Assembly (NCBI GenBank): GCA_949358305.1
Contig: OX442314.1
Coordinates: 22,196,001 to 22,260,000, forward strand
From: Strigamia acuminata
Taxonomy: Eukaryota
Reading direction: 5' to 3'
Length of the DNA: 64,000 nt
Made by a program: the position numbers and the translations under genes. This document shows, piece by piece, positions 40,067 through 54,600 of this stretch. The stretch's first letter is position 1; each line of letters opens with the position of its first letter. Under the pieces are notes generated by a model that saw only the letters and a program-made list of their open reading frames with translations, made no database searches and had not been told where the DNA came from.

Positions 40067-40451
40067 CTAACTTTGACGTCGCTTGTGTAGATAGAGTTGA
40101 CTAAGGGAAAATAATAAAGATACAACGTATAGGCCGGCGCACATCCAGCAGTTGCTCGCGTTCGAGTTGAAAGCATCTTCCATTTTTTCGAAATATTTCT
40201 GGTGCCACTCTTCATATTTTCCGGGTTCGGGTTCATCCATTTCGAATTCGGGAATATCGTCTACTAAGGCTGCACTTTTCACCCAGAACAAACCGCCCAT
40301 TATCACCTGAAGATTTTTAATTAAAACAATTTTTTTTTGTTTTAGAATATATCACTTTGTTTTCTTATTTTTAACGTCTTACCAATTGTACTATTCCCCA
40401 AACACTTATCAAGGTACAGCATATCGATAATTTAGGTCCGCAAATGGCCAT
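40067..40451 (-). CDS. RNASEK: Ribonuclease kappa / V-ATPase subunit f
   Basis: MAICGPKLSICCTLISVWGIVQL|VIMGGLFWVKSAALVDDIP..NASNCWMCAGLYVVSLLFS; two exons, two TM helices. Confidence 0.9.
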
Positions 40452-40722
40452 TTTTAACCAGTTATTAAAATACTTGTGACAAATGTTGCTCAACAACACG
40501 AACTCGACGCCATCATAACTTCACGTGACGAAATTATAACCTCTAACTAAGATCACAACACATTTTTAAAATTTAATTTATTTAATTCTTGGTATTACAT
40601 AAAATTATTATGTATGTTTGCATTTTGAAATTATTTATTCTGTTATTTTTAAAAAAAAATTATCTCTGAGAGGAGACTGCGAATCAAGACTTGGTTACGA
40701 TTCGTCATAGTTGGAGAAGAAA

Positions 40723-42383
40723 ATGGTGGAACGCCTCGGTAAGTTTAATAGAAAATTCGGTTTCAACAACAAACTCTCGTTAAACCGCTTTGAAATTAAT
40801 TCCCCCATATGTCAGCTTGTTGACACGTTAAAAATTTAATCCTATATTTATATGCCCACAATCAAACAAAAATGAAATTTAAAAGTTTATCCAGACTTTG
40901 ATTATCTTTGAAAAACTTTATTGCGCGAATCTAATTCATCCGAAAAAAACATTATCTGTCCGATTTATATTTTAAAAATTGCAATTTTAATTTAATCCTT
41001 CCCAAATAATTTTTGTGGTTTCCAAAATTGGATTGATTTACGCTAAAGAATTTAGTTTATCTAAACAATGTGACAGCAATCATTTATTTGATGACTGATA
41101 AAATAACAAAAGCGCTTCGAAATGCCTTTTAAAAAATTTAAAAAAAAAACAAAAAAACAGCCTATTATTTTATAGTAATAACGATTCATTGTATTTCCTT
41201 TCAGTTAACAGCGAGGCAAATGCCCGTCGAATCGCAATGGTGGAAAGTTGTTTTGGAACTTCGGGCCAAGTAATCAATTCACAATAAATATTTCAATTTA
41301 AATAAACAATTTTTAATTTTTTTTTCAGCCTTTATCCGTCCCTGGTCGGGTTCTTGTTGGCGAAGGTGTCCTGACGAAAATGTGTCGAAAAAAACCGAAA
41401 CCGAGACAGTTTTTTTTATTCAATGATATTTTAGTCTACGGCAACATCGTCATCAACAAAAAGAAGGTAATTTTGGTAATATTCCTAATTTACCGCTCGA
41501 AAATATATTAATGACATTAATTGTTATTTACAGTACAACAAGCAACACATAATTCCCTTGGAAGAAGTGATGTTGGAAAATATACAGGATCTAGGATCAG
41601 AGCGAAATGGCTGGTTGATCCGAACTGCTAGAAAGTCATTCGCTGTGTACGCAGCAACTGCTACGGAAAAATCAGAATGGATGGCTCATATTAACAAATG
41701 CGTGGAAGATTTGCTGAGAAAAAGTAACGAGTTAAAATTCGACTTTTGGCCAATTTGATGAATTTGATGAATTTTTAGGTGGGAAAAAAGCGAGTAAAGA
41801 ACACGCAGCTGTGTGGGTTCCCGATTCAGATGCTTCGATCTGCATGCACTGCAAAAAAACTCAATTTACAGTCCTTAATAGAAGGGTAATTTTTGTTGAT
41901 GTACATTTGGAATTAATTTTTGAATCAATTTTGCATTTCTTTTAGCATCATTGCCGTAAGTGTGGAGCAGTTGTTTGCAATCCTTGCTCGAATAAAAAGT
42001 GTTTACTACCAAATCAGTCTTCCAAACCGCTACGAGTCTGCCTGTCTTGTTACGATCAACTGTGGAAAGCTAAAGCTGACTTCAGTATGCCGTCGCAAGC
42101 GGATATCGCAAATAATGAAGCCAAATCGTACGAATCGTCGGGCGAAGATGACAGTGACGAAGACGATGATTTGAAGATGGATGCTGCGGATCAGGCTGAA
42201 AAAATTTCTCAAGAGGTATTACAATTTTGATTATTTAAAAAATATGTTTTGTTTATTTGTTTGTTTACTTTTTAGCCTAAATTTTACAATGATGATGACG
42301 ATGTGAAGATAAACACAACAGAAATGCAAGCACAGTCTGGTGACGGCAATCAGATAGTAAAGGAAGACGTAGAAAATGTTTAA
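40723..42383 (+). CDS. PLEKHF2: PH and FYVE domain protein (phafin-2/Rush)
   Basis: MVERLVNSEANARRIAMVESCFG, GRVLVGEGVLTKMCRKKPKPRQFFLFNDILVYG, KSFAVYAATATEKSEWMAHI, HAAVWVPDS..RRHHCRKCGAVVC..RVCLSCY, acidic SSGEDDSDEDDD tail. Confidence 0.94.
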
Positions 42384-43070
42384 AAGGCCACAAATATTTA
42401 CATTTAAAGATTTATAAAATTGCTTCTAGGCTAATTTTTCTCGTATAATTTACATTATTTGTTGATACGTTTAACACGAGTTATTTCAAAATTTTTTTTA
42501 ACTCGGAAGATTTAAAAATTACAAGTGTTCTTACACGTTAATTAATATATTTTTGAAAAAAAAGGAGGTTTTACTATTAAAAAATCATGTTAGTTTAATT
42601 AGTCGTTTATTTTTGAATGAAATCTGTCTACAAATGTGTCTACAAATGCGTGGCTCCTTGCTAATTTTTTGTTTATTGCTTGAAAAAACTAAAAATTTAT
42701 TAGAACAAACTAAATGACATTTGCATGTCGTCTAAACTCACTCACAGCAATAATGAATTTGTAACGGGTTTTTTATTTATTTATTTGCACTAATTATGTA
42801 TTAATAAACGGTATATTTTGCGGTGTAATGTAACCAAACACAACCTAAATTTTATACAATGTAAAATTTACCCAAAAAATATTTGGAAGTGGATTTTTGA
42901 GAATAAATTTTAACATTTATAAGATTATTTCATCAACTATCAAATCAGTTATTTAATATATCAATTGATTTATCGAGTTTTATGATGGGAATATATTACA
43001 ACGACCTTGAAGTGACTTCTAGTGGCAATAAAACGAACGAAAATCGCATCTCCGTTCATGTCATCCTAGC

Positions 43071-45585
<2,515 letters not shown>

Positions 45586-45773
45586 AAAACAATTGTTGTA
45601 AGATAAGTTAGCTTATGAATTTGAATTGTACACGGCATCCGAGTATGTGAAATGAATTCAGTGCTAAATAAAGGAAATACAAATTGCTCATTAAATGACA
45701 TATTTTTCGTATTAAACTTAAATTTAATATAAAAATTTTTCTTCTTTCTTCTATTTACAAATTTTTATTTTAT

Positions 45774-47214
45774 TTATTTCTGGGTTGATGTAATATCATT
45801 ATCCAAATTGACAAGTCCGAAATCCCCCTCTCTGAAAGCCTTGATCATAAGACTGGCAGCCGCTTCCAAGTTAGGCCTCACGTACCAAGATCCTAAAACC
45901 ATAGATTTAATTTTTCTTAAATAAAAAGTTGAAAATGTTGAGATGAAATAAAATTCTTCAATCTTTACCATCTGTCACTGCTCTCACTTTCTTCTGTTGT
46001 CCGAATTTCAAAGAAATCTCAAGTAGAACCTTTGTAACATCGTCGCATGGCTCGAGAAGATTGAAGTGGTCGACGTAACTGAATTGGGAAAAAATAATGA
46101 TGACTGACTTAACAAAACATAAAATGTTGATTAAATATATTATTTTTACCTAAAGTTATTGTTTTTATTCAGCCAATATAACAAATAATCCGCAATTAAA
46201 TGTTCACCTACAACATGGTCTTGAAGAACAGCTGAAATCAACAATTAACTGTCACAAATTGTTTGTTTGTTGACATTGAATAATTTGTACCACAAAGGGC
46301 CAGCTTCAAACCAGTTTCGACATCTTTTATGTCGGGTGCAGTTACACCGGGAGTGTCCAATAAATAAATATTAGGATTTTCGTAAATCTAAAAAAAAAAT
46401 TTTTATGTTTAAAAATGCATTATTTTTAATATATACATTTTTAAAAACAATTACCTTAATTTTTTCTAATACACTTTTTGTCACTCCAGGACTCGCGCCG
46501 ACTTGCGTAGCTTTGGCTAAATTAAAATATAAAATATTAGATTGAAGAACGATAAATAAGCTACATTTTACCCTTTTTTAGATGCCGAGCTCGTAAGCAA
46601 TTAATCAATGAAGATTTGCCTACATTTGGAATGCCAATTGTCATTACAGTGAAATCTTCAGTCTAAAAAAGCAGAAATAAATTATAAAAATTACTAATTT
46701 TTAATTTAAAAAATAAATCAATAAAGAATCACCGTTTGTCGGTTAAATCTATTGCTAGACTGAATTAAATCCAAAGCTGTAGGTATGATTTTTCTTATCC
46801 CTTTATCCTGATGACTTTTACAATTTACAAACAAAACTTCATTCAATCTCGACTCTTCCTTCAATTGTTTTCGTATTTGTGCTTTAGCTGATGTACTTGC
46901 TAGATCTATTTTGGTTAACACCAATATATGAGGTCGTATTGCAGTTAAAAGGTTATAAAATAGGGGATTTCTTCCTGAAAATGGAATTTATGAATTGTTA
47001 AGAAAAAATACCAAATGCCAGTTAATAAAAAATTAGCACATTTCAAGGATATTCTCGCATCATGAACTTCAATAATACAATCGACCGATTTTAACTTGAG
47101 TTGCATTTGTTTTAACCCTGAAAACATATGCCGAGGAAACCATCGTGATAATTCTTTACATTTTGTTGTAAAACTTTGTCTGAAAACCGGCGCAGACGAC
47201 ACGGTACTCGCCAT
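45774..47214 (-). CDS. MTG1: Mitochondrial ribosome-associated GTPase 1 (RbgA/YlqF family)
   Basis: [100 protein letters not shown]. Confidence 0.94.
46988..47052 (-). other. U12-type intron with non-canonical AT-AA termini in MTG1
   Basis: Minus strand: gat gcg aga|ATATCCTTG...TTTTCTTAAC aattcataa|att cca ttt tca gga aga, restoring [12 protein letters not shown]. Confidence 0.82.
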
Positions 47215-47602
47215 TTTGTTTGGTCAAAAAATAAAAAGCGACATCGTTTATCAAAATGCAGAACTACAACTCCGATAAGCTTATATTGATTGGAAGAAAC
47301 ATGGACCATGGTATAGTTGGCACCACATTCGCCCAGCACTACATTCGCGCTCAGGCCAGACTTTGGCGGTAGATAAGCGGTAACACTAAAAGGCGGCGCA
47401 ATGGTAGATTTGGAAGGAATTGAATTGTTTAGGTCTATTATTTATTATTTAAAGGTGGTTTAAAATAAGAAACAAAATAAAATAAAATAAAATAAATAAA
47501 TAAAAAAAATATAAAAAAAATTTCCAAAAATAAAATTTTTTATTTATTTGGTTTTACAAATGCGGTGTTTTGTCGGGTTCGATCGTCGGGTTCGATCGTC
47601 GG

Positions 47603-47767
47603 TTAGGTAGTCGGTGCGACTGCCCGTGCGACCGCCCGGGCGACAACCCGTGCGACAACCCGTGCAACAACCCGTGTGACATTAAATCTACCCCTCCCCC
47701 TCCCTCTTCCCCTCCCCCGACTTCGACCCCGATTGTTCCTGCCACCGTTGTTGCCGCCGTTGTTGCC

Positions 47768-47850
<83 letters not shown>

Positions 47851-48268
47851 GGCCGTGGTCGTTCCAGCCACCGTTGCCATGGCCGCCGTTGCCGCGGCCG
47901 CCGTTGCCGTTCCAGCCGTTGCCGCGGCCGCCGTTGCCGCGGCCGCCGTTGCCGTTCCAGCCGTTGCCGCGGCCGCCGTTGCCGTTCCAGCCGTTGCCGC
48001 GGCCGCCGTTGCCGTTCCAGCCGTTGCCGCGGCCGCCGTTGCCGTACCAGCCGTTGCCGCGGCCGCCGTTGCCGTTCCAGCCGTTGCCGCGGCCGCCGTT
48101 GCCGTTCCAGCCGCCGTTGCCTTGGCCGCCGTTGCCGCTCCAGTTGCCGTCCCAGCCGCCGTTGCCTTGGCCGCCGTTGCCGCTCCAGTTGCCGTCCCAG
48201 CCGCCGTTCGAGTTGCCGTCCCAATCGCCGTTCGAGTTGCCGTCCCAGCCGCCGTTTTGTGACTGCAT
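47603..48268 (-). CDS. Low-complexity GW/GN-repeat protein with RG-repeat tail (221 aa), intronless; coding status unproven
   Basis: ATG-initiated ORF over a GC-rich tandem array of mostly 30-bp units (GNGGRGNGWN) and (GGCAAC)n; 11 GW dipeptides; ends RGRSRGRGRGRGRGRFNVTRVVARVVARVVARAVARAVAPTT*. Other frames are also open because of the repeat. Confidence 0.5.
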
Positions 48269-48724
48269 CCTGATCAGTTGTGATCAGAATGTGTTCAGAA
48301 TGTGAAATGAGTTGACTTCAGATTATCTCTGCTTTAATCCAGTAACAATGCAATAACGTATTTATTGGAATTTAATCTTTGGAATGTGACCTACTTCTTG
48401 TTCTGTGACCCACTTCCATATTTTGACCCTTTTAATCCATGTCCCCCATTTGATTGGAGTGTGGGTATTTATGACATCATTGGCTATTCTAAGGAATAAT
48501 GTCAATTGTATTGTTCTTTTTATTTTCCTTGTTTTAACAACGATAATAAAAGTTAGTGTAAATTTTGCATCCATCGACTGTGTGTGCGCATGAGTTTTTT
48601 CCGAGATTTTTACATTCTTCAAGCTGCGACGAGCTTGAATCGGGTTTAAACAATTGGACTAAAAGATTTACAAGAGGCGACGCTCTTGTGTCGTTTTTGA
48701 TCACATTTTTGAGAACTTGCAGTG

Positions 48725-51326
48725 TGTTGGGGTACCGTTGTTCTCATGTACGTACAAAACGTAAACAAAAAAACAAACCGCACAGATAAATAATAATAAT
48801 TTGCCAAAAATTTACCCTAAATTCATTTTACATATGTGAATTTTTGTCGAAATTGGCTGAAATTTACTCAAAATATGTGAAATTGTGTCGAAATTGGCCG
48901 AAATTAGCCAAAATTTACCCTGAAAATCTGAAATTTTGCCGAAATTTTGCATAAATTTTGGAGAAATAATGTCGAGATGCATGAAATCGGTTAAAAGGGC
49001 TTGTAAATCAAGGTTACATTGCACGTACTAATTGTATTCAGCAAACAAGTTTTGTTGAAAATTGTAAAAAGTTCAATTTTTATAAAATAACAAAGAAATT
49101 AAATTGATGATGGTTTATTTTTTTAAAAAAAAAATCACTTTTTTGTTTTCAATTCTAAATCATTTTTCCAAATAAGTTCTTTCAACTGACGTAAGCCTGA
49201 AATTGCAAGTCGAGGAATTGCAGAGCGAAATAAAAAATTCTAGTGAAATTTGTCAAATATGAGGTAAACTGGTTAAATGGTTAAATAATAAAAAAAGGAT
49301 TATTTTATTTAGATAAAATATTATAATAAAACAAGTACAGTGTGCTGATCGCACGTGTTACGTCTTTGGTCAAAGACGTGTATGTTACACATACATTATT
49401 TCTGGATGTATACTGTAAAAACTGGCGTTTGTAGAGAGAGTGGAGTTCGTACGAGATCAACAGAACAAAACGAGGTCAAGCAGTGAAGTCGACTTCCAGG
49501 AGGTGTTTCTGAATGAGATTCGATGACGCGCAACAGGAAGCGTATGCAAAGTGTCATAAATTATCGTAATATTCTTTTGTTATCTTGATTTTGTATCTGT
49601 GAACCCCAAATAAAATCACAAGTGATCCTGTTTTTGTGAGTGAAGCAAGATTTTTTTCCGTCAAAGTTAGAATCCAGCAGAATCGTAATTATACATACTT
49701 TTTTCGGGTGGGTCCAAATGTGCGCAAGAACGTATACAAACGTTACAGCTTTTTTTGTAGACGCTAATTAAAAAAAACGGCTGCCAAACTGCCGGCCTTT
49801 GATAACTGCGAGATCTTATATTCATGTGCGGTTTAGTGCGCGCGTTTGAGATCATGTTTTTGTGGTAATTAATTTGGCCATGCATATTTTTACATACGTA
49901 CGTAAGAATAGCCGTACGCTATTTTCACGTATTTACGTGAGAATAGCCGTCCCTGTTGGGGTACATTGTTCTCATGTACGTACAAAACGTAAATAAAAAA
50001 CAAACCCCACATATAAATAATAATAATTTGCCCAAAATTTACCCTAAATATCTGAAAATTGACCGAAATTTATTTTACATATATGAATTTTTGTCGAAAT
50101 TAGATGAAATTTACTCAAAATATGTGAAATTGTGTCGAAATTAGCCGAAATTAGCCAAAATTTACCCTGAAAATCTGAAATTTTGCCAAAATTTTGCATA
50201 AATTTTGGAGAAATAATGTCGATATTTACAAAAAATCTCAAATTATGGCAAAATTAATTGAAAATTTCTGAAATTATTGTAAGTATATCCACAAATTGTG
50301 GAATTTAGTTGATAATACAGGAAAAATCTTGACAGTTAAATTGACATTTTAATTTCCTTTAAGGAATTGGTTACATTGCAATCCTCGTACTCGCTGCGAG
50401 ATCAGTTCGATGTTCAATCTTGGGATTTCTTCCTACACCATGCAGAAAGATTAAAGACGGAATGGAAAGTGATTAAACACTTAAAATATGAAATTTAAAA
50501 AAATATATAAATGTTTTTAAAGGCTTTTATTAAAGGCTTTTATTTAACTTGACATGAACGTTTGTGTGTGTGTGTGGGGGGTTCAACTTCCGGTTTGTGC
50601 AATACCTCAAGAAAATGAATTAAGAAATGAATGAATTAATTAATTAATTGACTTTTCTGGTGCAGTTTTTGGTTTAGTTTTCAACAAGATGATAGAATAA
50701 ACAGTTAATATAGTTAAAAGGAAGAAAATGGCAAATTACTGAAAAATTTTGACAAACCGGAGCGCTACCTGGCGGATTCCGTTTGCTACAATGTATGCCA
50801 AAATACGTTTTTTAATGTTTGCTATGTCGAAACCAAGCTCATTTTGAAGAGCGGACAATTCCGCACAAGCCTGTATTTATTCTATTGCGATTCGGTCGTA
50901 AAAGAGTATCGATTCGGCGATCTTAGCGGGCGATCGAATAGGAAATTTATGCAAAATTTGGATTCGACCAATAAAAAATCAAATATTTTGAAAAAAGGAC
51001 CAATTAGAATGTTTAAACAAAGTTTCCTGTGTAGATTTTGCCGCTGAAAACGATGGCGCTAATAACTTTTCGACCAGATTAACGGTTGACTTTTTATCAG
51101 CAAAAAATGATCTTATTTGTGTAATTTCATCCAAAGTGTACAACATAAAAGCCTTTTTCCAAAAACGTAGTTGTTTTACTTGTTCATTTCCAGGTGTTAA
51201 TGGTGTCTGACCTAGTTCTAAAACACACGGTACTGGGCGTTTTGTTATGTTCTGGTTCATAATTTCATTAAAATTCAGCTTATTTTATTTATCTGTGTGG
51301 TTTATTTTGTTTACGTTTTGTTTCGT
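48725..51326. repeat. Dispersed repeat family: direct copies 48725-48975 and 49954-50222, inverted partial copy 51281-51326
   Basis: tgttggggtac..ttgttctcatgtacgtacaaaacgtaaa..gaaattagccaaaatttaccctgaaaatctgaaattttgcc..ggagaaataatgtcga occurs twice. 51281-51326 is the approximate reverse complement of acgtacaaaacgtaaacaaaaaacaaaccgcacagataaata. Confidence 0.85.
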
Positions 51327-51667
51327 GAAGAATTGTGTGAATTTAATTTAATTTAATTATATTTTACTTTATTTTATTTTAATTTAATTTTATTTATTTA
51401 CAATGCGCCCAATCGCAATGCGCCCATTTGGTCCCTGCCCAGCTTTTTCATCAAAATTACTATGAATTGGGCTTGTGAATTTTCAAATATACATATATCT
51501 GTGCTCCAATTTCGCAGTTTATCACTGATCACTGATCACGACTAATACGGGCAAGTTCTACGACTACAACGAATTGGCAAGTTATTTGGTAAGTATTCTG
51601 TAAATTATTTAGTTATTTAGCAAGTTTAGCAAGTTTAGCAAGTTTAGCAAGCTTAGTTATAAAAAAA

Positions 51668-54600
51668 ATGGTTTTTAAATGTAAACAGACAAGAGATATC
51701 TCTGATCATGATTTATTATGTGCAATACAATCAGAAATTAAAACCAAGGCTGAAAACCCAATCTTTAACCAATGGACTAATGAAAATTGTTTTTGGGCCG
51801 ATATTCTTTTTAGACTTGATTATCCAAATAAATACCTGTTTCGAGAGCAGCTTTATGATAGGTGGTTTAGGAAAATTAAAAAACTCTTTGATGAGAGTGA
51901 GATTGAAATTGATTGTGCTTTACCTGTCATAATTCCACATTTAAGCAGTGTTGCTGAAATTGATAGAATGGATACTGTTTTGGCTTTAACAAACCCACGA
52001 AGCAAACTGAGAATACAACCACAAAAAAGTAGTAAAGTACTAGCCAACAAACTAGCCAATCAATCTAAGCTAAGAAAACATCCACCAAAAAATAGTAAAG
52101 TAATAGCCAATTACTCAGAGTTAAAGACATTCTGTTTTTGCAAAAAAGTTAATGATGATGGACATTATGTTGAATGCACAGATTGTAAAGATTGGTACCA
52201 CTTTAGTTGTTTAGGAGTGTCTGATAATGATTTGGATAGTATTAATGCTATAAGGACAAATGAGAAGTGGAAATGTTCTAAATGCAAATGGAAAAATGAT
52301 AAACCAAGAGGATTTGTTAATGGTTTTAGTAACTGTTGGCTAAGTAGTTTAATGCAGGCATTGCATTCAACAAATGCTATTGAATGCATCTTAAAAGTTG
52401 ATTCAACTAGTCCAAACAAGTGCTTGTTGCCTTTTCAATCACTGTTGAAAGAAATGGATAATAAAGTAGTGAAAACGGCAATTCCATGCAGTCTATTCCA
52501 AAATCTTTTGGTTAAAACTGATTTTCATATCTGGCAGTTTACAGATAAATCAGATCCAAGTAAGCAACAAGATCCAATAGAATTTTATAACGTTGTTTTG
52601 GCTAGATTTCTGGAATTATTGAACATAAATCCATTTACACACAGCACTGAAACTTATACATGTGAACCGTGTAAAATTAATAACGAAATGAATAGTCCTT
52701 TAGCTGTAATATATGTTGGAAAAAATTTAGATAACACCTTACGGTCAATCAATAAAGATTTCTTTTCAACATATACACAACCTGTTCAAAGTGAGTGTTT
52801 TCGTTGTTTAGAAAATACTTACTGGACAAAGAATGTTATAAAAGAAGTTCCAGAAACATTACTCTTCTCTTTTCCTAATAAAGTTACACATGTCTGCAAT
52901 GAGTTAGAAATCCAGTGTGAGAATGGTGATATATGGCAATACAGATTGCATTCTAATATTTTATATCGCAATATAGATGACAATGACAATAAAGGCCATT
53001 ATTTAACATGCAGATGGTTAGACTTTGAGTCAGTAGTTTTGTGTGATGATACAAAAGTAGAATTTGTCAGTGTGCCATGTGCTAATCAGCTTATTAAACA
53101 GGAAGGTGTTGCAGCAGTGTACAATCTGCAAAGTAAAAAACAAGCAACAGAAGAACGCACCAATTGTAGCAGCCTAGTTAAAGAAAATAAGATAACTATG
53201 GAAGAAACAGATAGCGACACAGAGTCTTACAATAGTCCTGAAGTGTACAATCTGCAAAGTAAAAAACAAGCAACAGAAGAATGCACCAATTGTAGCAGCC
53301 TAGTTAAAGAAAATAAGATAACTATGGAAGAAACAGATAGCGACACAGAGTCTTACAATAGTCCTGAAGTGTACAATCTGCAAAGTAAAAAACAAGCAAC
53401 AGAAGAATGCACCAATTGTAGCAGCCTAGTTAAAGAAAATAAGATAACTATGGAAGAAACAGATAGCGACACAGAGTCTTACAATAGTCCTGAAGGCACT
53501 GATTCAAATAGTGAAACAATGACCACCAATGCAGATGGTGGTGTTAACATCTGTACTTCTGAGCTGCAAAATGAGTTTTCAATAAAACAACATAAATGGG
53601 AAAAATTGACTGTAAAACAGAAGCGTAATACACTTACAAGTGATTGGACAAATGTTTTTGATAAATGGTTGCGTAAGCTAAATCCATACTGTACCCTCTG
53701 TTTTAAAAAGCACTATGTTCCTACCAAAAACAGTAGAAAAATAAAATCAAACACTATATTCCGGACAAACGGAAAATGTATTAATGAGGATTGCACATGT
53801 AAGTTTACTGTTGTAATGTCTCAAGATCTGTCCTGCGAGGTAAAATGGTTTGGTAAAATTACACATAAGCCCGGATCATATTCTGCCAGAAAGATATCAT
53901 CAAGTGTTCGCAGATCTTTGAAAAAGGAGTTACGATATAGTAAAAATCCAAAAGCTCTTTATTTTGAAAAGCTGAAAAATATTCCAGAGGAGAGTTTTAA
54001 CGCTGGAAATTTAACTGGGGTGGGCCTGAATGCTAAAATCTACAAGCAAATTGCGCATGAGGCAAGAAAAGAACATAGAAAAGATGACAACATTTTTGTA
54101 AGTTTAGATAAAATAAAAACATGTATAGATAGTAAAAACCTAGTAAAACCCAAACTAGATGGAATTTTTTTACAAGCCATCAGCATGCATCCTGCATATT
54201 ATATGGCATGGACTGATTATGGGATTGAACTTTTTCACAAATATGCAGTTACTGATGCAGTTTTTATTGATGCGACAGGAAGTGTTGCTCACAACATAGG
54301 TGGAAATAAGAATAAAAAATTTTATTATTACTCCATTATTATACGTAATCCAAAGGCTGTTAATACAATGCCATGTTCTGTAGCAGAGCTAGTTACAAGT
54401 CAGCATAATGGACCCATGATTACTAATTTTTTGTATAAATTCAGATATGATGAAAAACGTTTATATGGTCACAATGGTAATTGCAGCCCTAGAATGTTTT
54501 GTTGTGATCAAAGTTTAGTTCTGATAAATTCTGTACTTTTTGTTTTCAATCTTGAAACGCTCAACGAGTACTTGCAGAGGTGTTGGAAAATATTGAATGG

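Noticed and set aside
47554..48305. Plus-strand VAVA../LPLP.. ORFs and minus-strand TATA../RQRQ.. ORFs
   Set aside because: Alternative frames of the same GC-rich repeat. Most lack an ATG at the start of the repeat, so the ATG-initiated GW frame was preferred, though it is not proven.
49356..49750. Possible solo LTR (TG start, AATAAA, hairpin acgtctttg-gt-caaagacgt)
   Set aside because: No consistent TG..CA boundaries with a target duplication could be identified.
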